A stretch of DNA of 63,269 nucleotides, filler included, from Chiloscyllium plagiosum (taxonomy: Eukaryota), in NCBI RefSeq assembly GCF_004010195.1. It is 4 parts of one record of this genome, joined end to end, with 100 filler letters (N's around TTAATTAATTAA, not from the genome) between each part and the next. Parts side by side here need not be neighbours in the genome. Positions count along the whole stretch, not along the records: positions 1 to 25,882 come from NC_057714.1; 3 more parts are not named here. One strand, written 5' to 3'. This document shows positions 1 through 12,879 of the stretch, one piece after another (position 1 is the first letter of the stretch; each line of letters begins with the position of its first letter). Under the pieces are notes generated by a model. The model had not been told where the DNA came from and did no database searches. It was given only the letters and a program-made list of their open reading frames with translations. The translations under genes were made by a program, and so were the position numbers.

Positions 1-374
1 TATTGTTGTCCCAGTCAAATTCATGTTGCTACGACAAGCAACATGAATTTGACTGGGACACCACTACCATTATAGGGCAAGCCAAACAAAGAACAGCCAG
101 GGGATTCCTAGAAGCATGGCACTCATCCACAAACTCCATTAACAAACACATCGACCTGGACCCAATATACCGGCCACTACAGCGGACAGCTGAAACTGAC
201 AACTGGAAGCGGCAGGGACAGGCCACTATAAATGCTGGAGGAAACACCACAGAAGCGATTCACAGGAGGCTCCCAAGCACTGAGGATGTCACCTAGACAG
301 GGGACGAAACGTTTGCAACAAAAACTTCCAGCTCGGCGAACAGAACCACAGCAACGAGCACCCGAGCTACAAAT
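1..374 (+). mobile_element. Penelope-like element (family A) 3' end: GIY-YIG C-terminus plus pseudo-LTR, with an inversion junction at the window start
   Basis: ORF 3-296 reads HEFDWDTTTIIG..R..LEAWHS..SINKHIDL, typical of a PLE GIY-YIG C-terminus. The 3' segment is nearly identical to 36511-36678. Bases 8-30 are the reverse complement of 37-59. Confidence 0.9.
277..316 (+). ncRNA. Minimal type I hammerhead ribozyme motif (PLE family A)
   Basis: gca-CTGAGGA-t-gtcacct(agac)aggggac-GAAAC-GTT-tgc: conserved core, stem II, palindromic ACGT stem III and 3-bp stem I (gca/tgc). Confidence 0.7.
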
Positions 375-394
375 GTTAACAATCTTCTGAGTAA

Positions 395-625
395 AAAAAG
401 TTCTCCTTATCACTGACCTAAGTGACATCCTCCTTATTGTTAAATATAGCCACATACTGGTTTTGGACTCCCAACCAGGGAAAAATCTTACCTGACCCTA
501 TCTACCTCTTTAAGTATTTTGTAGGTTTCAATGAGATCAACTTGCATCCTTTAAAATTTCAGAGAATACAGGTCCAGGTGCCCACTCTCTCTTCAAAGGA
601 CAGTCCTCCCATCCTGGGGACAATT
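395..625 (-). mobile_element. Old CR1 LINE RT 3' fragment
   Basis: Degenerate similarity to the reverse complement of the CR1 ORF2 end seen at 61990-62200. Confidence 0.55.
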
Positions 626-659
626 GGGTATAAGTGCAGAGGGTGCCTCCTGTTATAGG

Positions 660-960
660 ACAACCTTGACCTCGGAGTCGCTGTTTAAAAATCAGGTATC
701 CCCCCTTTTAAAACAGACTTGAGGCAAATTTCTCTCAAAGGGTCATGAGTCTTTGGAGTTCTCTTCCTGAAATAGTGGTGGAAGCAGTGTCCTTGCATAT
801 TTTTAAGGCAGACGTAGACAGATCGATTCTTACTGGGCTAGGGCTAAACGATCAGCAGGACTAGGCAGGAGTACAGGTTATAATCAAATTAACCACAGTC
901 TTACTGAATAAAGGAGCATGCCCAATGGCTTACTCATATTCTTAGTCCGTATGTTCATGT
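660..960 (+). mobile_element. Old CR1 LINE 3' end
   Basis: tttaaaacagacttgagg..ttctctcaaaggg..gtggtggaagcag..tttttaaggcag..aatggcttactc matches the CR1 ORF2 end and 3' UTR. Confidence 0.65.
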
Positions 961-1029
961 TGCTGCATAAATACTAACAACAGTTTCTTGGGATGGTTGC
1001 TGTGTGAAGTAGAGAAAATGACACTCCTT

Positions 1030-1225
1030 TACAGGAAGGTGTGGTAAAGTCACTTTACTCCCATAGGACCACTCAATAGAGAGAGATGACTGGTGGTGCT
1101 TTTAACCTGAGGGTCACCACACCTCAGGTGAGGTTGAGAATTTGGGTCCTTCATGGCAGGAATATAGAGCCCATGCTGTTGGTGTTACCCTGCATTGCCT
1201 GTCCAAGAAACTGAGCTAACCAACC
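1030..1225 (-). mobile_element. tRNA-derived SINE (degenerate)
   Basis: The minus strand begins gttagctcagtt (A-box-like). A related copy lies at 32455-32600 (shared tttaacYtgagggtca..gttgagaa..tgttggtgt). Confidence 0.55.
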
Positions 1226-1309
1226 CACCCCAGCACCCCCCCCCCTCCCCACTTTGCAGTCAGAGGTTTGACACATTGAAGAGCATGGAGTTGAATGAAT
1301 ATAATCAGC

Positions 1310-1495
1310 TACCTTCCCTCCAGCCTCCCTCCCGTTTATCTCACCATCACCTCGGCTCACAGCCTCATTCCTGAAGAAGGGCTTTTACCCGAAACACTGA
1401 CTGTCCTGCTCCTCGGATGCTGCCTGACCGGCTGTGCTTTTCCAGCACCACACTCTCGATTCTGATGTCCAGCATCTGCAGTCCTCACTTTCCCC
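1310..1495 (+). mobile_element. PLE family B pseudo-LTR fragment with 14-bp TSD
   Basis: TSD TGAATATAATCAGC at 1296-1309 and 1496-1509. Degenerate hammerhead ctgaagaagggcttttacccgaaac at 1371-1395. Confidence 0.85.
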
Positions 1496-3680
1496 TGAAT
1501 ATAATCAGCATCTAACCACACTGTTCCTGCCATAGAAGCACTTGATGTTAAACGAGGGTGTTGAAATGGGAGGCATTTTGTGTCACAGTTCTTTCCCCTT
1601 CATGACAAAGCTTTTGAAACAAAAATTTGCATGACTGTGATATTTCTTCAGAGCTCCTTCCATTCCTTTGCATAACTTTAGTGGAAATGTGATGGAAGTT
1701 CTGTTGAGGTGTTCTGAGGAAAATATTTTTAAACGCATTTCAATCAGTTTCTTTTGTTTCAGCTGGAGTTATTGGACTGCCTGACAACACCTGGGCTTGT
1801 TGAAGAAATTACAGGGTGTATAATCTTTCTTTCCCTCCAGCAATGTTTGATTTTTTCTCTCTCTCTCTCGTGAAGGTGACTAACAACCTATTTCAACATA
1901 CCCCCTGAGAGTCTGTGAGTTGGCTGTTGGACAAATATGATACTGTGATGAGCATTGACATTGTTGAGACATGTTGATTAAGGAGCAACTTGTCAACCAC
2001 TGTAGAGTCAGTATTTCCGGACTCTGTCCTGTCTTGTTCAATTGTAAAACTTTCAAATGAAGTCTTGATCTGGGAATCCTCATAAATCTGTTGAAAATTG
2101 TATTGGAAAATTAAATTAATTTCAACATCCAAAAGGAATAAAGAGCACATTTGTTTGAGTGGTAAGAAATCAATCCTTGTAAAATAAATAGCCAGTTAGC
2201 ACAATGGTAAAATTAACTTATTTTTAATTTAAAAAGACTGAAACATTCATACATATCCCAGAAAAGATATTTGTCCCTTGAATTTAAAACTGGAACCAGA
2301 TTGTTTGACCTGCATTCATAACAAGCCAAAGTGTTACTTTAATTTGGAATTTTCTTAAAGGCAATCAGGCAATATTCTTAGGGATGCTGGATGCGAATTA
2401 TCTAATTATTCGACCTATCTTTTTCAATGCAACCAAAATAATGATTCACTTAGAGGCTTTTTTTTTAAAAGGCTTGAGATCCTGGCGACATTTGGCCAGC
2501 CAGGATTAGTTGCCCTGAGGGATGTGAGAGTTTCCAGGACTGATATGCCCACTGTTTACCAGATTTAAATTCTACTTTGTAATTTGCTGAGGTGGATTTG
2601 AACTTATGACCCCTTGAGTTGCTGGTCCAAAACCACACTAAACCCTATGTATTGCTAAGTTTAGTAGGCTTTATTGCTGGGAATTTCCTCTTAGGTTCTC
2701 CTTGCTATAAATGTGGTGGGAAACTAGAAGCAGTCCTGGATACAGCATGCAAACAAGCTGTCTGCCAAAGTCACAGTGGCTCATCAAAAGACATCATGAA
2801 GCGATTTTCCACCAAAACACCATCCAGAAAATCTGCTTCAACACTCATCATTTTGTCAAACTTATTGATCACTGCTCCTACACTTCCTACATTGCTGATA
2901 GGTTGAAATTGAAAGTGACTCAGTGCTTTTCACAAGATGACAAAAATGTCATGGAGAAACTGGCAGTGGGCTGGATTTTCTGGTCAAAGTCACAATGAGG
3001 CTGTTAGTTCTCACCTTTCTTAAGGAGTGAAGTCAACAGTAGCTCCCAGCAACCACAGGTGAATAATTAAAGCCTAAAACAGGAAGTTAATGTTCAAGTT
3101 TCCCTCCTATTCTAGAAGATGCACTTTAACAGCATTTTACTGAGAGATTTGCAAGTAAAATCTTATGCAACAGCCTAAAGTTGTGGTACCTCGGTGTTAG
3201 GTGTTCAATAAACTCACCCAAATGTGACTTGTCCATTCAAGTAAGGGAATTTTTAATAACTTTATAATCTTAATTGCTGCCTAGTATCCTCACTGGCACT
3301 GAAAACCAGCTTTCACAAAGATGTCATCTCAATCCATCGGATTTTAATTTTTGTGAAAGATTCTTTTTTAAAAAATGAACTTTCTTTCCTTCTTTCTTTA
3401 CCCTATTTTGCTTTCTGTACATCAAGTTTAATGTTAGTACCCACATATTTTGGTTCAGACTGCTTGCCTCAGTCAGAGTACTGTAGCCTGATTGTTTCAG
3501 AGACATGCTGTTGCTATTCCTTTTCACACAGGGCCAGGTCACCTTAGAGAATGACCGCTGCTTTGGATCCATAATCACTGCAAATCCTGGCCCAGAAATG
3601 CATTCAAAGTCTGCAAGTAAGTGTTAGTACTATGAAAGGCGTTGACACTAATAGAAAATCTAGACCATGATGATATGGTG

Positions 3681-3853
3681 CTGAAAATGTGTTGCTGGAA
3701 AAGCGCAGCAGGTCAGGCAGCATCAGATTCCTGAAGAAGGGCTTATGCCCGAAACGTCGATTCTCCTGTTCCTTTGATGCTGCCTGACCTGCTGCGCTTT
3801 TCCAGCAACACATTTTCAGCTCTGATCTCCAGCATCTGCAGTCCTCACTTTCC
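3681..3853 (+). mobile_element. PLE family B mini fold-back insertion with 16-bp TSD
   Basis: TSD CCATGATGATATGGTG at 3665-3680 and 3854-3869. Inverted arms at about 3680-3725 and 3775-3820, with a hammerhead in the loop. Confidence 0.9.
3727..3762 (+). ncRNA. Minimal hammerhead ribozyme motif (family B)
   Basis: attc-CTGAAGA-a-gggc(ttat)gccc-GAAAC-GTC-gatt; stem I has one mismatch. Confidence 0.65.
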
Positions 3854-6800
3854 CCATGATGATATGGTGTCAAAGAGTGACTTATTCAATAAGTTCTGCT
3901 ATATCATGTCCCAGAGCACTAATCCTAGTGATGCCTTTGGAGCACAGCACACAGTAGAGAGCAGTACACGGCCAAAGGGAAGTAGGGCAAGTTGAAGAAA
4001 TAATAACAAGGCCATGTAGCTACATTTACCAGTTACCAGAATGGCTAAAGAAACAAATAAAGTTTGACTCCTGGTCAGTCCAGATTGACAACATCTTCCT
4101 GAAAGATTTATGATACTGCTAAGTTCTTACGGTGATTTTAGAAAAACCAGCAAAGTGGATTAATTATGCCCAAACAGCAGAAGATACGGTCGGCATGGAA
4201 ATGTGATTGATTTTGTCACCAGGATTTATGTGGCTACCAACCATTCATGTGGAATATTTTAATCAAATTAATTAAACTTATAGGGAATTTATTCAAACTC
4301 TTAGGCAGGCACAGAGCAAAGCAAGTAGATTTCCAGACTGTGACATTTTGATTTTAAAGTATTTCCCTTGCCTGCTTGAAATTTCAACTTTACTCACAAA
4401 ACCTCAAATGTCTGTTTGCTCACCAGCCAAACCTCAACTTAGGACCACTCCTACAGATGGTCAATGTCTGATGTAGTCCCTGTTTCCCCTGGACTGACTA
4501 ATACCCTGCACACCAGCTCCTGGGAGTTTGAAGCTCACTCCCACTGTAGCTCACCTCTCACCAAGTCCCTGACGATTGTCGATTTTGCCCTGTGGAATCT
4601 TGCCACATATTGCTCTTTTGCAGGGAATTTGAAAGCTTATTTCTGTCAGCACAAGAAGTCTTCTTAAAGCTGTGTCTGAAAATCCTTCAGACCCCTTGCT
4701 GTTCGCTAGCTAGCTGTAAGACACAGTGCTGCCCTTGGCCACATTGGAGATGGATTCTCATCAAAGCTCACTGTGGTGTAAGATTCAGGTGGTACATTTG
4801 GTACCACCATCCTCTTTCCTGGGGGTTGGGGTTACCAGAGTGTAAGTCTTGCTGAGGGAGTGTGACGGGGTGAGAATTGGCAGGAGGAGATGAGGGGCTT
4901 GAGTTACATCCTGGGTGGTGGGGGAAACCATTGTCTGGGGGAGAACAGTGCTGGTTTGGGGGTATGCTAATTTTTGGGCCTTTCCAATATGGTTCTCACA
5001 GTGTTAGTCCTGAAATTAACAGTTGGAGAAGGATGGAATAAGTATCTGAGTGAGTACAGGACATCAAACCCAGTTTTCCAACACTAGCATCAGATATTCT
5101 TGCACTGGTCCATGCAGCAAATTCTGCAATGGTCCTCCTGCTACAGCAGCAGCAAACAAAGTCAGATTTCACCACCATTACCATTGAAATATTTTGGCCA
5201 GTATCTAATTTGACTTTTAACATATGTCATACTGAACACTTCAACCGATATTCTCATGGTTCGATCATAGCCTTTATATACTTCGTGTGACTTTGGATTC
5301 ATTCCACTTACGTCTAGTCTTCTTCTTAAAGGTTCTGCTACCAACCCAAAATGATTGGTTATGTGCTTGATGTTCTGATCTCCTTATTGATAGGGCACAC
5401 TGTCTTCTTCTGTAGCAAATGTGGCAGAGACTATCAGGCCAGAATGGGTTCCTGAGCAACACTAGGCAATGTTTAACACAAGGTTGAGCACCATGGCATG
5501 AATCATCCTGCACGTTCCTTTGTTTTTGCCTGAGTGTGGAGCATATTGAGTTTGGTGAAATGAAACTCATCTGCGAGGCAGAGCCAGTCTTCTTGCTGTA
5601 CCTGAGCAAACTCGCTGCTTTAATTGTCATTGCTGACCCAGTATCAGGTCGTATCTCCATCCAATTTTACCACCTCCCATTCCCAGGAAAGCTCACCATT
5701 CGCCGTAAGACCAGCATCCTTTGCAGAAGCGCCATCTTCCAGAGCCCACAATGCTCCTGGAGGAGTGTCGGCACTTGCCGGGCTCCTGATGGTGACAGGA
5801 AGGGGATGAGTGACAGCTGCAGCAGGTACAGTAGCTGCACAGGGACAGGGTCTCAGTCCACCAGTCTCACTTAGGGCACATTCTCCTGGTGCCAACTGGT
5901 ATGTCCGCAGCACTCAGCCTTTGCCCTGGCATACTTTGCACTGGCCATTGGTGCAGTGACACAGCCAAGCAGGTGGGGGTGCTGCACAGCAGTGCTCAGC
6001 GAGGAAGCCTGTCCCTCTGTGGCTACTGCAACTGAAGCAGCCATGTTGTGGTGGTTACCAGTGTATCAGTGAGACTGCAGGGTGTAATACCAGGACATTG
6101 GATAGATGCCAGGATGATGGTGATGACTCCCTGAAAGTCTGGTGCCAGTGTCCATGGTGACAGGGTGCCTGTGGCTGGCACTTGAGGGTCATGTCCTACT
6201 CTGCAATTTGACCATGAGCCACACGGAGGTTGTTCAGAACAAATGGTGAGCTGAACCCCCCAGGAACCCGATTTGATTTTCACATTGAGTTTGAATTTCC
6301 TTCCCAGCTAGTTTATACGGTGCATTCAGTAAGACTGTAACCCATGGTGGTTTGCAATATCAGCAAGGTGCTGAGCAAATAATAAAGAAGGTTATTTGAG
6401 AGGTCCGCTACCAAACATGATTCTTGCCACATTGCTTAAGCAAAGGGGGAGACGATTTGGATGTTGAGATAATCATCTCTCCCAATTTTACTACTCCTCT
6501 CAACATAACCCGTGGCACTCAGTTGCTCATTAGATTCAGTCCATCATCTTACAAGACGGAAGGCTGGCTTATGTAACAAGTCATCACAAGACAAACATGT
6601 TCTCTATTTTCTTTTCTATATTTAATCAAAAACATTGCCAACATAAAGACTCATCAATAATTAAAGGAGTATCATTTTGTTGTTCCCTGCAGAAAACTCA
6701 GTTATGATATCACAACCTTACCACCAGTAGCATTTTTGTGAGTGCACCTGAAGTGATGTTGTTGAACGATTCCATTCAGTATAACCAGCTCATCAACACA

Positions 6801-7006
6801 GGACTGGGGCTGGTGATTTTCCATCTTGAGTATAACATAATACTATACAAGTGTACTAGAAACATGCTTCCAAATGGCTGTCTCAGTGTAGTAAACTGGA
6901 ATCTAAATTAAGTTGGAACATATAGCTGTAACTGAGTATGATACAAAGAAATCTCCCACATGCAGAATTTTGGATGATGAAATTAAAAAAGTCTCATTTT
7001 TTTTTA

Positions 7007-7259
7007 AGATTAGATTACTTACAGTGCGGAAACAGGCCCTTCAGCCCAACAAGCGCAACCCACCCAGACCCATTCCCCTAACACTACAGGCAATTTCACC
7101 TCACCTGCACATTTCTGGATTGGGGGAGGAAACCAGAGCACACCCACGCAGACACAGGGAGAATGTGCAAACTCCACACAGAGAGTTGCTTGAGGCAGGA
7201 ATTGAACCGAGGTCTCTGGCCCTGTGAGGCAGCAGTGCTAACCACTGTGCCACCGTGCC
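7007..7259 (-). mobile_element. HE1-type V-SINE
   Basis: Minus strand: ggcacggtggcacagtggttagcactgctgcctcacag (tRNA head, A box), ggttcaattcc (B box), gtgtggagtttgcacattctccc body and CR1-like tail gggcctgtttcc..(aatct)n. Confidence 0.9.
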
Positions 7260-7542
7260 ATTTCTCCTACTAAGAAGCAAGATTGCCAAAAATGAGAACA
7301 AAATCAGACTAGGAATGCAATATATATTGCAGACCTGCATTCCAAACAGAAATCCTTTTAATCTCTTCAACCACATCATTGCGACACTCTTCAATTTGGT
7401 TCCTTTAATCCCTTTAATTACAGTTTTGTGAATGAAAGAGGAAATGTATTTTATGCTTTGGAGTGTTGGTCTATGTTTGTTGTAGACTTTCACAATGCAA
7501 ATCACATTATGAAATAACAACAGCTTGCCTTTGTTTAGCATT

Positions 7543-7634
7543 TAGATTAGAGTGGTGCTGGAAAAGCACAGCAGGTCAGGCAGCATCTGAGAAGCAGGAA
7601 AATCGACGTTTCGGGCAAAAGCCCTTCATCGGGA
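7543..7634 (-). mobile_element. PLE family B pseudo-LTR fragment
   Basis: gtggtgctggaaaagcacagcaggtcaggcagcatc..cgacgtttcgggcaaaagcccttcatc; hammerhead core mutated to CCGATGA. Confidence 0.85.
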
Positions 7635-8037
7635 CTCTAGCACCTTTCATGAAGTGAAACTTCCCAAAGTGCTTCACAAACAGCATGAGAAGAAAAATGA
7701 AGCGATTATTTTGCCTGCCAACAAGGCTTTTGAAGCAGGAAGCATAATAACAGGATGCACAGTGGAGGGGCAGGACAGAATTGTAAAGTTAGGGAGGAGT
7801 AACCTATGGTCGATTTTAAAATGAGACCCGTCATTCTGAACTCAGTGTGTAGGAAATGGGAAATCAACGGACATTAATGAGGATAAAGGTGTTTAAGAAA
7901 TAGGACTTCATGAAAAGTAGAATCTGGCTGGTGGAATTTTGGACATGTTGTAACTTGTATAAAATGTATTTATGAAAGCTAGTAAGGAAAGCAAAGTTAA
8001 GGTCAAATTTGGAGGTGAAAAGGTAGGGGGGTGGTCA

Positions 8038-9108
8038 AGAGTGTGTTGCTGGAAAAGCACAGCAGGTCAGGCAGCATCCGAGGAGCAGGAGAATCGATAC
8101 TTTGGGCATAAGCCCTTCATCAGGAATGAGGCTTGTGGGCCGGGACTGAGAGATAAATGGGAGGGGGTTGGGGTTGGAGGGGAAGGTGGCTGAGAAAGCG
8201 ATAGGTGGATGAAGGTGAGGGAGAAAGTGATAGGTCAGAGGGAGGAGTGATGGACAGGTCTGGAGGGCGGTGCCGAGTTGGAGTCTTGGGACTTGGATAA
8301 TGTGGGGGGAGGAGAAATGAGGAAGCTGTTGAAATCTATATTTATCCCGTGTGGTTGCAGGGTGCCAAGGTGGTATAAAATATAATATTCTCCCAATAGG
8401 GGGGAGGTGGATGGGAAAGCGATAGGTGGATGAAAGTGAGGGAGAAGGTGATAGGTCAGAGGGGGAAGTGATGGACAAGTCCAGAGGGCAGTGCCGAGTT
8501 GGAGGCTTGGGACTGGGATAATGTGGGGGGAGGGGAAATGAGGAAGCTGTTGAAATCCACATTGATCCAGTGTGGTTGCAGGGTCCCAAGGCGGAATATT
8601 AGGCGTTCCTCCTCCAGGCGTCGGGTGGTAAAGGTTTGGCGGTAGAGGCAGCCCAGGACTTGCATGCTCTTGACGGAGTGAGAGAGGGAGTTGAAGTGTT
8701 TAGCCACTGGGCGGTGGGGTTGGTGGGTGTGAGTGTCCCAGAGATATTCTCTGAAACGATCCGCAAGACGGCGTCCTATCTTCCCGATGTAGAGGAGACC
8801 ACACCGGGTGCATCAGATGAAGTAGATGACATTGGTAGAGGTACAGGTAAATTTCTGACGGATGTGGAAGGATCCCTTGGGACCTTAAACGGACGTGAGG
8901 GGAGTGGTGTGGGTGCAGGTTTTACACTTCCTGCAGTGGCACGGAAAGTTGCCAGGAGTGGGGTGTGGGTTGGTGGGGAGGCATGGACCTGACTAGGGAG
9001 TCACGGAGGGAATGGTCTCTCCAGAACGCTGATAGGAGTGGGGAGAAGAAATATATCTTTGGTGGTGGGGTCTGTTTAGAGGTGGCGGAAGTGGTGAAGG
9101 ATGATGCT
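8038..9108 (-). mobile_element. PLE family B 3' portion (RT C-terminus/GIY-YIG plus pseudo-LTR) with internal duplication
   Basis: Minus ORFs read KHFNSLSHS..MQVLG..RRLEEERLIFRLGTLQPHWINVDF and LSAFWRDHSLRDSLVRS. Bases 8194-8373 are repeated at 8415-8594. Confidence 0.9.
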
Positions 9109-9781
9109 TTGTCTATCAATTTCAGGCTGCTGATAACTTCTATATATCATCTGTAATGTAGTAAGATACTCAAGGACAGGATAACGCAACAAAAGAAACA
9201 GGCATCAAGACAAAGCAACATTAAAGCAAGAGACCAAACAGTTGAAAGAAAGTGAGAGATTTTAAGGGGACCTTAAGTCAGAGAGAAAAATTGAGATGCA
9301 AAAAGGTTTATTTCCTCTTTATTTAAAGCATAAGCAACAGTCACCAAGCTTGGCTGAAGGAAGACCAGAATTCACAAAAGGCCAGAGTTGGAGAAAAGCA
9401 GAGTTGGGTTATCGGTTGAAAATACTTAAGAACTATGGAGGAATGAGACCGCAGAAAAGCTTAGACATTTCTTGGGAAGTTCAATCTGAACATGCAGTAA
9501 GGATGAAGGTACAATCAAAGATAATGCTGACATCTGGTGAGATCAGTTAAAGAAAAGGGATTAACTTTACCTACACTGCTATGAATAGAATTCACATACT
9601 TTCTAAATGGCATCAAAAACCTAAATGTATGTAAACTTAAAGATAGGATTAAATAAAATAAATGGGACTCTTCCATATTGTAATTCTGCTTTGTAAAGTG
9701 ACTCAATTTTAGAATGTAAAGATCCATATCTCCATGGTATCCAGATTTACCAACCATTTTTCTTATCATTTCGTAAGGACA

Positions 9782-10043
9782 TTCCCACCACCCTCCTCTC
9801 TGACCTGTCAGCTCCATCCCCACCCCCATTCACCTATTGTACTCTTTGCTACGTTCTCCCAAGCCCCCCAAACCCCCATTTATCTCTCCACCCTGGAGGC
9901 TCCTTGCCTCCATTCCTGATGAAGGGCTTTTGCCCGAAACATTGATTTTCCTGCTCCTCAGATGCTGCCTGAACTGTTGTGCTTTTCCAGCACCACTCTA
10001 ATCTAGACTCTGGTTTCCAGCATCTGCAGTCCTCACTTTTGCC
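9782..10043 (+). mobile_element. PLE family B pseudo-LTR
   Basis: attcctgatgaagggcttttgcccgaaac at 9912-9940 and the family 3' end ccagcatctgcagtcctcactttt. Confidence 0.85.
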
Positions 10044-10211
10044 TCATTTCACCTAAGTGACCATTTGCATGTGTGAAGATAAACTCCAAATGCCACATAA
10101 CTATTCCATCGTGGAATGAATCACAGCAAAGTCAGATCCCATTGCCACCAAACCTGCACATTCCCAATTTATCTGGGGAACTTGTTAAAAACTAATTCGG
10201 TATAAGTAACT

Positions 10212-10348
10212 GTAACCGTTCTGGGCAAGTGTCACTGGACCCGGAACATTAACCCTGATTTCTCCACAGATGCCACAAGACCTGCTGAGTTTCTGCAGCT
10301 ACTTCTGTTTCTGATTTCCAGCATCCACAGTTCTTTTGGCTTTTATTA
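10212..10348 (+). mobile_element. Older PLE (family D) pseudo-LTR fragment
   Basis: gtcactggacccggaacattaac..ctccacagatgc..agacctgctgagtttc; flanked by GGTRTAAGTAACT at 10199-10211 and 10349-10361. Related copies at 13865, 37352, 39871 and 44105. Confidence 0.6.
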
Positions 10349-10576
10349 GGTGTAAGTAACTATTTGGTTTACGTTTTCCTTTTTAAGTCACACATTTGTA
10401 CCAAATGGAACCAGCAGAAGCATTACATAACAAATTTCAAACATAATAGCATCCTAGTCCCTTGGCTAAAATACCACCTCACTCCCATACCTGAAGGAAG
10501 GGAAGAGCCCAGTATTAGGCATATCAAGCTGACAAACAAGTGAAGATATGAATCTTCAGTAATGCTTCAGTATAGA

Positions 10577-10930
10577 GGGACAGTAGTGTAATGATAATAC
10601 TTTATGAGTCCACTAAACTAAAAGCCTGCATAATGTTCTGGAGACATGAGTTCAAATCCCGGCAGAGCAACTGGCAGAATTTAAATTTAATGAGTACATC
10701 TGGAACAAAATGATCAGGAAACCACCAGATTGTCATAAACCTCATCTGGTTCATGAATGTTCTTCAGGGGATATAATGTACTATCCTCACTGTGACACAT
10801 AACTCTGCAGCAGCATGGTTAACACTTAACTTGCACTCTCAGATGGCTGAGGAAGCCACTTAAAGGGCAACTAGGGATGGGTAATAAATATTGCCCCTGC
10901 AGTGACTCTCACGTCTCAAGATCAAATTAA
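10577..10930 (+). mobile_element. tRNA-derived SINE with LINE-derived tail
   Basis: agtagtgtaatg (A-box-like), gagttcaaatccc (B box) and tail agggcaactagggatgggtaataaat, shared with 33470-33600 and 56040-56160. Confidence 0.65.
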
Positions 10931-12879
10931 AATGACCACATTGTTGACTGTTTTTTCAAATGCAAGCAACAATGTGCTGTTTTATTATTACTTTGTTAGA
11001 GCCATAGTCCACAAACGTCCTCTTTGGTTGTGGACTATGCTGCTGCGAGTCACAGCAAAGCAATGCATGTATGGATGTTTCTGTGAGGGAAATAAAGCGT
11101 GTTTACAAGTCCTCAACTCCCAGCTGACAGCTGAAGGGTGCATAGGTGACAACAGTGGAACTACAGTCCCGTACTTTCCTCATGTGTTGCCTTAAGGCCT
11201 GTTTCCTTGTGGCATTGGCAAATTTACCCATAAATCAGAGAGAAGAAAAAAAATCAGATTCAATAGAGATATGCATTTGTAGAGGGAATATGATATTTAT
11301 TTTCTACATTTATCAGCTCACAAGCATCTTTAATTACATTTTTTTCTGATGAATACCGCAAGATACCATCTAAGTCTGACTCAATGCCTTTTAATTTAGA
11401 AGGGGAAAGGGTCAAGGTTATGGTGCCTCAATGGGAAGGATGCTGCTGTGATTTGCAGATGGTGAAGGGTGCGGAACCGTGAGTGCTGAGTGTTGAAACA
11501 ATCTCTTTCAGAGACAGGCTTGGTGCATGGGATCAGATCCTTCAAAGTTTCCTTTTTTACTTTGAGTAATGGGATCATGTTCATCTGTAAAATCAGATTG
11601 GATCGAATGTCTGACCTTTAAGAATTCACAATATACCATTACTCCGCAACCCAAGCCAAACATCCAGTCTTCAAAAATATGTGGATATTTCAGTTTAACC
11701 TGTTGGCATGATTTTAAATCAAACATTACTTTTGTTTTTGGGTTGGTTATATTTCCCTGTCTTTTTGGCTTTAACATTAGCTTTTTTTCCTGCCTTCTCA
11801 CCTAAATGCAACACAGTCAAGAGGATCTGAGCATGCCATGCTCCCACAGCAACCCTCTGTTGCCAGCTGCCAGAGGGTACCTGGCATCACCCAGATGTGC
11901 CAGCTCTCTGTCATTTGCTGCCCTTTGTAGGGCAATGCTGCAAAACCCACTCATGGATACCTGTCGTTGCCTGGCGAGACTCACCGTAAGAATACACAAG
12001 TCACGAGATCATCTTGATGCTGTCATTTTAAGAACAATGTTATTATTCAGAAAATATTGGGAAACAGTTTCTGAGGTCATATCAACAGAATTTAGGACAA
12101 TGGTTAACTACTGGTAGAGACTCATAACTAACCTACTCATCTCATCTTTTGTAAAATAAAGCAGCTTTAATGAGAAGCTCAATTCATTGGGAAGAAAGTA
12201 ATGGGCGGAATTCTATCAGCAGCATGCTATTCCCTCCAGTGGAATTAGAAATGTGCGCCACTTCCAATTCCTTGCTTTCTCCTGGTTCCCATACAAGTGC
12301 ACTTAAAATGTAATGTGCCACCAGCATGTACAGGAGACACATGACTGTGCAGAAGGTAATGTTTTTCGGATGAAGGCCACTATCAGCTGACAATCCTAAA
12401 CCTACAGGTGGACAATGAGGAAACTTACTGATGAAACAGAGAGGGTCATGGGCAAAAGTTCATGCTAACTTGACTGCCATTAATATATGACTTGAGAGCA
12501 TAAAAGTGACATTGGTGTTTTTCAAAACTAAGTTTCACTTATAAATATTTCATTACTTTGGTTTAATTTTGCTCAGAAATGAATCATTATTATTTGTTGA
12601 GACTAGCTTAGTTAGAAGATCAACGTACTGGTTGGTCTTATGGTTGATAGAAATGATGGCTATGGAGGTGTTAGAGATCTTTCCTTTATCACATTTTAAT
12701 TTCACTCTTTGAATGTTCATGTTAATGTCCTGTGTTGTACTCATCAGTCTATGGGATCTGATCGCACTATATGTCCTCTCTTTACAAAAGCCTCACCCTA
12801 CCTTTCTCCTGCTCTCCTCTTTTATACAGCTAAATAAAGAAGACTTGATCATCGTCATAGTCATCATTGACTAATAGAG

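Noticed and set aside
5274..5660. MEIRPDTGSAMTI resembling a retroviral/Gypsy protease DTG motif
   Set aside because: No downstream protease LLGRD motif, RT, integrase or paired LTRs; likely chance.
4380..6300. Possible decayed DNA-transposon (Harbinger-like) remnants, also at about 20140-21100 and 53850-54710
   Set aside because: Only a compositional impression; no terminal inverted repeat pair or transposase motif can be shown.
11459..11478. Possible 20-nt micro-exon (tttgcag|...|gtgagt)
   Set aside because: Weak polypyrimidine tract, frame-shifting length and no supporting neighbouring exons.
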